Assembly: GCA_002490245.1 (NCBI GenBank)
Contig: PCNA01000003.1
Span: 1-40,054 of the forward strand
DNA length: 40,054 nucleotides
Reading direction: 5' to 3'
Origin: Candidatus Bathyarchaeota archaeon B24-2
GTDB lineage: Archaea; Thermoproteota; Bathyarchaeia; Bathyarchaeales; B24-2
Part shown: piece after piece, positions 1 to 7,298 of the stretch
How positions within the stretch are numbered: position 1 is the stretch's first letter
How the letters are laid out: every line of letters starts with the position of its first letter
The notes under the pieces: generated by a model
Told to the model about the DNA's origin: nothing
Database searches by the model: none
Seen by the model: the letters and a program-made list of their open reading frames with translations, nothing else
Translations under genes and position numbers: made by a program

Positions 1-109
1 GATGGTTACCCATAGAGGGGTAACGAGGGAGGATATAGAATATGCTATACGAGTATTTCAAGAGGTAGTCGACGAATCGAAAAAGAAGAATGCTCGACCT
101 AAAGGTTGA
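1..109 (+). CDS. C-terminal fragment of a gene cut by the window edge (possibly a PLP-dependent threonine-aldolase/beta-eliminating-lyase-like protein)
   Basis: The frame is open from position 2 to TGA at 107-109 and translates to VTHRGVTREDIEYAIRVFQEVVDESKKKNARPKG. The family guess rests only on the resemblance of this tail to aldolase C-termini. It overlaps the convergent ORF 99..734 by 11 nt. Confidence 0.3.
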   Translation, partial: MVTHRGVTREDIEYAIRVFQEVVDESKKKNARPKG

Positions 110-734
110 CGTGAAGGTATCTTTCTATATAAGTCACGGGATCTACTTCCGTTATTTGAGCTTCGTCCACGTTTACGAGGTATATTACATGTAGTCGCGT
201 ATTCATGATCTCGTCGATCGTTACGGGAGGGTTACGGTAGTATCTATCGCATAGGCTCTTGATCTCCCAAACCTCGGTTTCACTTCGATATTTAGGTGGT
301 TTAACTAAGACTTCAGGTATTTGCATTATGTGATATGGAGGGGAGGCTAAACCAAACTTGGTTGCGTAGTTACCGTATCGCACTATCTTGCTTGCTATCC
401 TAGCCTTCCTGTAGCTTAATGGGTCTAAAGCGTGTTCAGGCGGAACGAAGCCTGTCTCGACCTCTATGATGAAGGAACCTTCCCCCTTATACCCGTAGAT
501 GTCGCAAGTTAAACTTCCATCCAACGGATGTTCTAGAGTCACGCTATAACCTTTAGCAAGCAAATCTGCAGCGCACAGGAGCTCCATAACCGAATGGTTG
601 ATCTTAACAAGCTGTTCTCGATGAAGTTTAACGAGTCTCTCTTTAAGCTCTATAAGCCTTTTCAAGGTGAGCTCATCCAGAGAAGGCTTCAGCTTATCCA
701 TCAAACTCTCCAAGTCGCGCTCAAACTTATCCAT
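99..734 (-). CDS. hypothetical protein with a coiled-coil N-terminus and a possible PD-(D/E)xK-type nuclease core
   Basis: 211-aa ORF with a Lys/Glu/Leu-rich helical N-terminus. This is followed by ELLCAADLL...TCDIYGYKGEGSFIIEVETG, an Asp then about 13 residues to a hydrophobic strand plus E-x-E, as in restriction-endonuclease-like folds. No family was recognised. Confidence 0.55.
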   Translation of the reverse strand: MDKFERDLESLMDKLKPSLDELTLKRLIELKERLVKLHREQLVKINHSVMELLCAADLLAKGYSVTLEHPLDGSLTCDIYGYKGEGSFIIEVETGFVPPEHALDPLSYRKARIASKIVRYGNYATKFGLASPPYHIMQIPEVLVKPPKYRSETEVWEIKSLCDRYYRNPPVTIDEIMNTRLHVIYLVNVDEAQITEVDPVTYIERYLHVNL

Positions 735-1004
735 TCAGAGACACCCATACGAGGTTAAACCGAAATATCTAACTAACCTTAGAGTTAATAAATTGAAGTT
801 ACAAGATTCTATCGAAAAACGCTCATCTACAGGAGATAATACCCTAAAAACAACGGCGATGATACAGGTAACGAGCAATAATATCGAATCAAGGTGGAAA
901 TGATATACATAAAACACTAAATAAAACTTATTAAAATGAAAAGCTAAAATAATTAACCCCCAAGCTGAGGAGAAGGCTTGAATAACTGAACGATGTTCGG
1001 CCAT
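735..1004 (-). CDS. possible small hydrophobic (about 2 TM) protein; may be spurious
   Basis: 89-aa ORF in an AT-rich stretch. Its stop (735-737) abuts the ATG (732-734) of the next gene, reading TGAATG on the - strand. Hydrophobic runs: WGLIILAFHF and ILLLVTCIIAVVF. Its first 16 codons are antisense to the hairpin element at 958..1125. Confidence 0.25.
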   Translation of the reverse strand: MAEHRSVIQAFSSAWGLIILAFHFNKFYLVFYVYHFHLDSILLLVTCIIAVVFRVLSPVDERFSIESCNFNLLTLRLVRYFGLTSYGCL

Positions 1005-1146
1005 CTCTTCAGGCTCCTGGAGCTAACTGTAAAGCCCTCCGTTGGGGGGCGGAGCAGTTAGTTCTAAGAGCTATGAAAGATGGTCGAGCAGAGTTTGGTT
1101 GTTCGGGCTTAGACTCAGCTTGGGGCAATCAGCATTTTTATCTTTT
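958..1146 (+). ncRNA. candidate novel rod-shaped structured RNA (168-nt hairpin plus oligo-T tail)
   Basis: Hand-folded pairings: 958-969/1114-1125 (12 perfect bp), 974-991/1093-1110 (18 bp), tandem G-A/A-G at 992-993/1091-1092, and 994-1006/1078-1090 (13 bp). Then 1008-1011/1074-1077, 1012-1016/1068-1072, 1018-1029/1055-1066 and 1034-1040/1044-1050 closing a GUU loop. There are 12 G-U pairs on the + strand against one C-A mismatch. TATA-like boxes lie at 928-937 and 944-954, and T5 and T4 runs at 1135-1146. Confidence 0.5.
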
Positions 1147-1823
1147 CAGATGCGGAGTAGTACCTTTTTTACGTATCTACGCATGAGCTTAGAGAAGTGT
1201 AGGATCACTTCTTTCGTGTAGGGTTCAACCTTTCTGAAGGATTCATCTAACGTGTCTTCTGGAATGAATTGCTGAAAGACGAAGAGTTTCGCCCCCTTCA
1301 CCAATTCTCCCATCTCTTCGACGTCCTCCTCATCCACAAACCATGGAACCGCTGTACACCTAAACTCGTAATCGACTTCTCCGTTCTTAAGTAGCTCGAC
1401 GGATTCTAGATAAGCAGAAATATCCTCCGCACCCAGCAGTTTATACTTACTCAAGGAGGTTTTAACGTCTAGGGCCACATAATCTACGTATGGTAAACAC
1501 TTCTTTAGTGTTTGGGGGAAGAATCCGTTCGTATCTAGCTTAACCATGAAACCCTCATCCTTGAGCTTTTTGAGGAAGACCGGGAGATCCTGGTTTAAGG
1601 TCGGTTCGCCTCCTGTTATAACGACGGAGTCCACATACTTCTTTCTCGACTTAAGTATCTCTAAAGCTTCCCTTTCTGATAGAAAGGGGCCTTTAGGCTC
1701 TAGGACCAACCTCCAGTTATGGCAGAAAGGGCAACGTAAGTTACAGCCTACTGTAAAGAGTATCGTAGATATTCTATCAGGGAAGTCTAGTAGGCTAGTC
1801 TTTTGGATTCCCCCGAACTTCAT
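1146..1823 (-). CDS. nrdG: anaerobic ribonucleotide reductase activating enzyme (radical SAM)
   Basis: 225 aa with CNLRCPFCHNW (CxxxCxxC) and a GGEPTL motif. It starts 7 nt downstream of nrdD. Confidence 0.85.
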   Translation of the reverse strand: MKFGGIQKTSLLDFPDRISTILFTVGCNLRCPFCHNWRLVLEPKGPFLSEREALEILKSRKKYVDSVVITGGEPTLNQDLPVFLKKLKDEGFMVKLDTNGFFPQTLKKCLPYVDYVALDVKTSLSKYKLLGAEDISAYLESVELLKNGEVDYEFRCTAVPWFVDEEDVEEMGELVKGAKLFVFQQFIPEDTLDESFRKVEPYTKEVILHFSKLMRRYVKKVLLRI

Positions 1824-1830
1824 AGGCCTT

Positions 1831-3951
1831 TCACTTTATCTGTGCAGTCGCTAAAACGACCGATTTATCGAAGGTTCTCCTTAAACGGAACTCAGCCTGT
1901 TTACCGTCGTTCCACTGGTCTACAGGCCTAAGGTAACCGACTACTCTGGAGTATACTTCGCATTTAGCTCCACAGACAGGGCAGGTGTTCTGTTCTCCCT
2001 TGAGGTAGCCGTGGGTTGGGCATATGCTGAAGGTCGGCGTTAAAGTGAAGTATGGCAGACGTGAAGCGTAGGCCACACGTTTCACCAACTCTGCTGCGGC
2101 CTTCCATGAATATAGTTTCTCGCCGAGGTAGATGTGGAAGACGGTTCCTCCCGTGTAGAGTGGTTGAAGCTGGTCTTGATGTTCTATAGCTTCGAACAGG
2201 TCTCCTGTATAGTATACGGGGAGCTGAGAGGAATTCGTGTAGAAGGGTTCAGCACCCTTAGAAAGGTACTTTTCGTTGGCAACTATTATGTCTGGATACT
2301 TCTTCTTGTCGATCCGCGCCAGCCTATAGGACGTCCCTTCCGCCGGAGTAGCCTCAAGGTTATAGAGGTTGCCTGTCTCTTCCTGGAACTCCAGAAGCTT
2401 CTCACGCATGAAGTTCAAGACTTTTATGGCGAACTTTAACCCTTCCTTGCACGCTATTCCGTAGCCGAAGAGGTTTAGAAGCGCCTCGTTCATACCTACT
2501 ATACCTATCGTCGAGAAGTGGTTCTTCCAGTACTTACCGAAACGTTCCTTTATAGAGCGTAGGTAATGCTTAGAGTACGGATATAGCCCCTTCTCTGTAA
2601 ACCTTTCGAGTACCTTCCTCTTTATCTCTAGGCTGTCTTTAGCTAGCTCCATAAGCTCCTCAAGACGCTCGAAGAATCCGTCCTCATCCTTCTGGAGGTA
2701 TCCGATCCTCGGGAGGTTGATGGTCACCACCCCTATAGACCCGGTGAGCGGGTTAGCCCCGAAGAACCCTCCACCACGCTTGCGTAGCTCACGGTTATCT
2801 ATCCTCAGACGGCAACACATACTCCTAACGTCTTCGGGTTTCATGTCGCTGTTTATGAAGTTCGAGAAGTATGGTACACCATACTTTGCGCTTAACTCGA
2901 AGATTTTCTGCGAGACAGGTGATTCCCAGTCGAAGTCTCGTGTTATGTTATAGGTCGGTATGGGGAAGGTGAAGACCCTTCCCTTAGCGTCTCCTTCAGT
3001 CATGACCTCCGCGAGGGCGATGTTAAACATGTCTATTTCTTCCTGCATCTCCCCGTAGGTGTCATCCATTATTTTCCCAGCATAGATTACCGGCTCATCC
3101 TTCATGAAATCTGGAACCGTTAAATCTAGGGTTATGTTCGTAAAAGGAGTCTGGAAACCAACCCTAGTCGGAATGTTAATGTTAAAGATGAATTCCTGCA
3201 GGGCCTGCTTCACCTCTCTCTCGTTTAACCCGTCGTAACGGATGAACGGCGCGAGGTACGTGTCGAAGTTGCTGAAGGCTTGGGCGCCGGCTGCCTCACC
3301 CTGCAACGTATAGAAGAAGTTCACCACCTGCCCCAACGCCGTCCTCAAGTGTTTTGGAGGCTTGCTCTCTATCTTTCCTGCTACACCGCCGAATCCTGAG
3401 AAGAGTAGGTCGCTTAGGTCCCAGCCGACACAGTAGGGGCCTAGGACACCTAGGTCGTGAATATGGAAGTCTCCTGAGAAGTGTGCGTCCCCTATGTTGG
3501 GTGGATAGATCCTCGTGATCCAGTATTTAGCGATAACCGTGGAGGAGAGGTAGTTGTTTAGTCCTTGCAGTGAGTAGCTCATGTTAGAGTTCTCTCGAAC
3601 ACGCCAGTCCTCCATCTCCAAGTATTTGTCTACGAGGTCTGCCGAGCTCAGGAGGGCGGCCAGCTCCCTCAAGTCTTGATGCTGCTTACGGTAGAGGATG
3701 TAAGCCTTCGCGGTCCTCGCATGACCGTTCTCGATCAGGACTTTCTCTACTACGTCCTGTATCTCTTCTACCGTGGGGACACCGTCTTCCCCGAAACGTT
3801 TCTCCAGAATCTCTACTACTTGGTCGCTTAGCCTCTCGGCAAGCTCCCTATCTTTGCCTCCAACAGCCTTAGCGGCCTTCCAGATAGCGTTAGCTATACG
3901 GCTCTTATCGAACTTCTCTAACCTTCCATCCCTTTTACGAACATATTTCAT
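1831..3951 (-). CDS. nrdD: class III (anaerobic) ribonucleoside-triphosphate reductase
   Basis: 706 aa. It has an N-terminal ATP-cone (VRKRDGRLEKFDKSRI), the finger loop SMCCRLRID, a C-terminal zinc ribbon (CPTHG...CPVCG) and the glycyl-radical motif YSRVVGYLRPV. Confidence 0.92.
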   Translation of the reverse strand: MKYVRKRDGRLEKFDKSRIANAIWKAAKAVGGKDRELAERLSDQVVEILEKRFGEDGVPTVEEIQDVVEKVLIENGHARTAKAYILYRKQHQDLRELAALLSSADLVDKYLEMEDWRVRENSNMSYSLQGLNNYLSSTVIAKYWITRIYPPNIGDAHFSGDFHIHDLGVLGPYCVGWDLSDLLFSGFGGVAGKIESKPPKHLRTALGQVVNFFYTLQGEAAGAQAFSNFDTYLAPFIRYDGLNEREVKQALQEFIFNINIPTRVGFQTPFTNITLDLTVPDFMKDEPVIYAGKIMDDTYGEMQEEIDMFNIALAEVMTEGDAKGRVFTFPIPTYNITRDFDWESPVSQKIFELSAKYGVPYFSNFINSDMKPEDVRSMCCRLRIDNRELRKRGGGFFGANPLTGSIGVVTINLPRIGYLQKDEDGFFERLEELMELAKDSLEIKRKVLERFTEKGLYPYSKHYLRSIKERFGKYWKNHFSTIGIVGMNEALLNLFGYGIACKEGLKFAIKVLNFMREKLLEFQEETGNLYNLEATPAEGTSYRLARIDKKKYPDIIVANEKYLSKGAEPFYTNSSQLPVYYTGDLFEAIEHQDQLQPLYTGGTVFHIYLGEKLYSWKAAAELVKRVAYASRLPYFTLTPTFSICPTHGYLKGEQNTCPVCGAKCEVYSRVVGYLRPVDQWNDGKQAEFRLRRTFDKSVVLATAQIK

Positions 3952-3998
3952 ACGTCATCCTGCCTAGAGAGTCTGTAAGACTATCATTAATAGGAATA

Positions 3999-4029
3999 CT
4001 ACAAAAACTTAAATATTTTCTACAGAAAA
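3999..4029 (-). promoter_or_regulatory. nrdD promoter region: a TATA-like AAATATTT box bracketed by two CTACA(A/G)AAA direct repeats
   Basis: CTACAAAAA lies at 3999-4007 and CTACAGAAAA at 4020-4029, 21 bp apart. They flank AAATATTT (4011-4018), about 60 nt upstream of the nrdD ATG. Confidence 0.35.
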
Positions 4030-4053
4030 TTAGACAATAATCGTCTTTGGAAG

Positions 4054-4977
4054 TCAGGTTTTTGATAGCAACACTACCCTGCTTTGTGGAGCTTCATCCT
4101 TAATCCTGTAGCCCGTTAACCTAGATAAGGTTTTAGAGAACTCTAGTATCTCGCTGTGGGTCGGCATAGCAGACCTAGGCAGCCTACTCTGGGCTTCCCC
4201 GATGTGCATGAAGGCCTTCGGCTCAACGAAGTCTGGCTCCGCTTTTAAAATAAGCTCAGCATATTTCTCCGGGTCTTTCAGGTTTAATCCCTTAACGAGG
4301 GTAAGCCTTAGAACGGTTCTACACTTAAAGCTCTTCATCAACTCTAGACTCTCGTTTAACTTCATCCATCCGTCGGGGATTAGAGGCCTGTTAACACGCT
4401 TATAGGTCTCCTCGTCCGGAGCACATAAACTTATATATAGGTTCGTCGGCTCTGTACTAAGCCCTCTTAAACGGTCAGGCCTCGTCCCGTTAGTGACAAG
4501 AAAAGTAGTGAAACCTCTTTTCTTGAAGGCTTCAAGTAGCTCAGAGATTCTGGGGTATAGGGTGGGCTCCCCGGCTAGACTTATAGCGGCACTTGTAGGT
4601 CTAATAGACTCCTCCCACTTCCTCCTGTCGACCTTCACGTTTCCCTTGAACCCTGTAAGTAGAAGCCGCCTAGCCTCTATACACCCGTCGATTATCTCTT
4701 CAGGGTCGTCCGCCTCAGGTTCACCGCATACAGTGTACTTCAGCGGCCTCCAACAGAACAGACACATGTGAGTACACCATATTAAGGCCGGTGTCATCTC
4801 TAAGCATCTGTGACTTTTTATCCCATACCACTTCTCCTTATAGCATACCCTCCCAGACCTTAAGCTCTCTTTGGTCCAGTGGCAGACCTCGACGGCTGAA
4901 TGTCGGCCGACTATCCTGTACCCGGCCTTCAGAAACCTGTCTTTAGCCTCGTCTGGGATCACAGATGCTTTATTCAA
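4054..4977 (-). CDS. taw1: tRNA 4-demethylwyosine synthase (TYW1/Taw1, radical SAM)
   Basis: 307 aa with VCHWTKESL...RVCYKEKWYGIKSHRCLEMTP, then CTHMCLFCWRP, the Taw1-type layout. Confidence 0.8.
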   Translation of the reverse strand: MNKASVIPDEAKDRFLKAGYRIVGRHSAVEVCHWTKESLRSGRVCYKEKWYGIKSHRCLEMTPALIWCTHMCLFCWRPLKYTVCGEPEADDPEEIIDGCIEARRLLLTGFKGNVKVDRRKWEESIRPTSAAISLAGEPTLYPRISELLEAFKKRGFTTFLVTNGTRPDRLRGLSTEPTNLYISLCAPDEETYKRVNRPLIPDGWMKLNESLELMKSFKCRTVLRLTLVKGLNLKDPEKYAELILKAEPDFVEPKAFMHIGEAQSRLPRSAMPTHSEILEFSKTLSRLTGYRIKDEAPQSRVVLLSKT

Positions 4978-5130
4978 GACTCCTCTCCAAGCTAAAAGAT
5001 ATTCTTAATCGACCATTATTCTTTAGGTGAACGAGCTTCTTATTAACGTTAAGGTAACGGAAAACGATCAAAACATTTTAATTCTATTAGTAAGCTCTCT
5101 AAAGATAATCTAGGTTTAGAAGGGTTCTTC

Positions 5131-5550
5131 ATGAAGGAAGAAGACGAGGAGCTTGAAAGGATCAAACAGAAAAAGCTTAAGGAACTCATGAGTAAGATTC
5201 GTAAGGAGAAGGAGAGCAGTGTAAAAATTATTTCGAAGCCTGTTAAGGTGACAGACTCTAATTTCGCAGAATTCGTTAAGAGTTATCCTCTCGTGGTAGT
5301 CGACTGCTGGGCGCCGTGGTGTGGCCCATGTCTTTTCTTATCGCCCATCATAGAAGAATTAGCTAAAAGCTATGCGGGAAAGATAGTCTTCGGAAAACTG
5401 AACGTCGACGAAAACCAGCAGGTAGCCCTTCAGTATGGAATCATGAGTATCCCCACGCTACTAGTCTTCAAGAACGGGAGGCTCGTAGACCGAATAGTCG
5501 GAGCTATGCCTAGAAAGATGTTAGAGTCGAAGCTAACACGATATCTTTAG
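5131..5550 (+). CDS. trxA: thioredoxin with a charged N-terminal extension
   Basis: 139 aa with the WCGPC active site in a Trx-fold context, preceded by about 30 Lys/Glu-rich residues. Confidence 0.85.
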   Translation: MKEEDEELERIKQKKLKELMSKIRKEKESSVKIISKPVKVTDSNFAEFVKSYPLVVVDCWAPWCGPCLFLSPIIEELAKSYAGKIVFGKLNVDENQQVALQYGIMSIPTLLVFKNGRLVDRIVGAMPRKMLESKLTRYL

Positions 5551-5621
5551 GGGCTTCGCCTACGTTTAAGGCAAAGGAGAACCTGAAGGAAGCCTTAAAG
5601 AGGAGGTTTCCAAACGAGAAC

Positions 5622-6148
5622 GTGGAGGCCCTAGCTGAAATACTGTCCCTCTGCGCTGAGAAGAGAAGAGTTCGCTATGAAGATATAAAGTTGAAAGAAG
5701 ACGTGAAGGCGGAGGCTCTTCTACTTCTGGAGCGTGAAAGACTTCTGCTTCCGTCAGAGACTTCGAAGAGTCTAGCTTGGGAAGACAGGGTTTTAATACC
5801 TGAAGCCGGGAGGGAGTATGAGATGCCTAACGTTATAGTCTATCTAATCAAGAGGGCTGAAGAGAGTGGTGAGTGGAACCCGAACTATGCGGTGGAGAGA
5901 TGCTTAAAGGAAGCTGGGGAAAAGGAGGCGGAAAAGGTACTCGACCTCTTCAACATGGTTAAAGAGATGGGTGAAAGAGGAGTGTTACCCCAGATATCCT
6001 AGAGAAAGCTGCGGAGAAGCTTAACCTAATCTCTAGGATAGGAACCGTAATAGCGGAATTGAAGGGGTGTGGAATTATAAGTCCTTGTCTCAGAGAGGCT
6101 ACTAAGCGTGGAACCCTAATATATGAGGTTAACCCTTCCCTCTACTGA
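5622..6148 (+). pseudogene. hypothetical protein split by an apparent -1 frameshift near 5988-5992
   Basis: The GTG-started ORF 5622..6002 ends at TAG. The -1 frame is open from 5975 to TGA 6146-6148 with no start codon and reads ...PDILEKAAEKLNLISRIGTVIAELKGCGIISPCLREATKRGTLIYEVNPSLY, which looks protein-like. The junction is at a C4 run (5988-5991). Confidence 0.4.
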
Positions 6149-6166
6149 GCTGAGCTCAGCTCAGTA
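6143..6166. terminator. perfect 24-bp palindrome spanning the stop codons of two convergent genes
   Basis: TACTGAGCTGAGCTCAGCTCAGTA is self-complementary with no spacer. It contains TGA 6146-6148 (+ gene) and TCA 6156-6158 (cooC stop on the - strand). Confidence 0.4.
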
Positions 6167-6920
6167 TACCGATCTCTTTCACTAAGTTTTTTACGTCTTG
6201 GAACGCTTCTTTAGCCGTTAGGGGTTTGCCCTCTAGACAGGACTCGAAGACCGACTCGTCGAACCTTATAACACCGTCTATCTGTAGGTTTAGGTCTCTA
6301 ACCTTCCCTTCGATCCGCTTAACTAGATTCGGCGTAGCCTTATTCAATACCAACCAGAACTTCTTGTTTAGGGGCTTAAATTCTTCCTTAAGGAGTTTAG
6401 CTAGCTTGAGAGACTCAGCTGTCGGGTCCACTACTGCGAGTATAGCGTCGGAGCCTTGCTCAACCCCTCTACCGACATGCTCTATACCAGCGTCTGTATC
6501 GACCAACACGACCTCGTCCTCGCTCAATATAAGGTTCTTGAGCAGGGTTCTCGTTATAAAGTTTAATGGGCAGGCGCATCCCTCACCGAAGTTTCTGACT
6601 TTACCGATTATTATTAGGCTTATTCCCTCACGTGAGGTTGAGACATACCCTTCCGGAAGCTCGCTTAACGCTATTCCCTCACCGGCTTTGGCTAAAGCCT
6701 TCACGATGTTCACTTCACCCTTCTTGAATATCTCTCTCCTGCCTCCCAGATACTCCACGATCGGTTTAGGCGGTTTTACGCCGAGCATGTCCGGCAATAG
6801 GGTGTTAGACTCGTCGGAGTCGATCAAATAGACTTTAAATTTTTCAGAGAGCGCTTTAGCCATCAGGACGGAGAGGGAAGATTTCCCCGATCCTCCCTTT
6901 CCACAAATCATTATCTTCAA
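6156..6920 (-). CDS. cooC: CooC-type nickel-insertion ATPase (MinD/ParA-like)
   Basis: 254 aa with the P-loop GKGGSGKS and a GEGCACPLN CxC motif typical of CooC. It has a TTG start overlapping the cooT stop. Confidence 0.7.
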   Translation of the reverse strand: MKIMICGKGGSGKSSLSVLMAKALSEKFKVYLIDSDESNTLLPDMLGVKPPKPIVEYLGGRREIFKKGEVNIVKALAKAGEGIALSELPEGYVSTSREGISLIIIGKVRNFGEGCACPLNFITRTLLKNLILSEDEVVLVDTDAGIEHVGRGVEQGSDAILAVVDPTAESLKLAKLLKEEFKPLNKKFWLVLNKATPNLVKRIEGKVRDLNLQIDGVIRFDESVFESCLEGKPLTAKEAFQDVKNLVKEIGILS

Positions 6921-7123
6921 GTCTTATCCCCCTTCCTCTTTAAGAGTAAAACGGAGTTCAAGGTGTCTATAAGGACTATCTCCACGTTATCTATCGTTCT
7001 GTCTTCGAATTCAAGGTTTCTAAGTCTAATAGTGTCTTTATCTTTAGCGACTAAAGCTATTTCTTGAGCGACGAGCCTTCTACCTAGAGAACCCTCATCC
7101 AAGTAGACTTTAAGCAAACACAT
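6917..7123 (-). CDS. cooT: CooT-like small nickel-binding protein
   Basis: 68 aa starting with Met-Cys (MCLLKVYL...). Size and beta-rich pattern (VEIVLIDTLNSVLLL) match CooT. It is translationally coupled to cooC. Confidence 0.55.
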   Translation of the reverse strand: MCLLKVYLDEGSLGRRLVAQEIALVAKDKDTIRLRNLEFEDRTIDNVEIVLIDTLNSVLLLKRKGDKT

Positions 7124-7143
7124 AGCTTTCTCCGTTCCAACTT

Positions 7144-7160
7144 TTCTTAGATGCTAAGAA
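7144..7160. promoter_or_regulatory. palindrome TTCTTAG-ATG-CTAAGAA in the cooT promoter region
   Basis: A perfect 7-bp inverted repeat with a 3-bp spacer. It lies 21-37 nt upstream of the cooT ATG and just downstream of a TATA-like CTTTTTATAG (- strand, 7171-7181). Confidence 0.3.
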
Positions 7161-7298
7161 ACTTAAGCCTCACTATAAAAAGTTTCGTTTAACCAGAAGG
7201 GGAGAGAAGAAACGTTTTTGAGAGCGCTACACCCCGATATATTTACCTTCAGTTTATAGGTTTAGGAGCTATCGAACCTAAAAATTTAAACTCGGTGG

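Noticed and set aside
667-903. 78-aa + strand ORF overlapping the start of the 99..734 gene.
   Set aside because: It is antisense to the better-supported 211-aa ORF and lies in AT-rich promoter-like DNA. Its sequence is low complexity.
6226-6831. Long antisense ORFs inside well-supported genes. Examples: 6226..6831, 1546..1854, 2134..2439, 9607..9957, 16410..16733, 26494..26814, 27297..27680, 28516..28977, 29449..29823, 33121..33504 and 36746..37051.
   Set aside because: Each lies wholly within, and opposite to, a gene with clear family motifs. Their translations are Ser/Leu/Pro/Arg-rich low-complexity sequence without motifs, typical of shadow ORFs.
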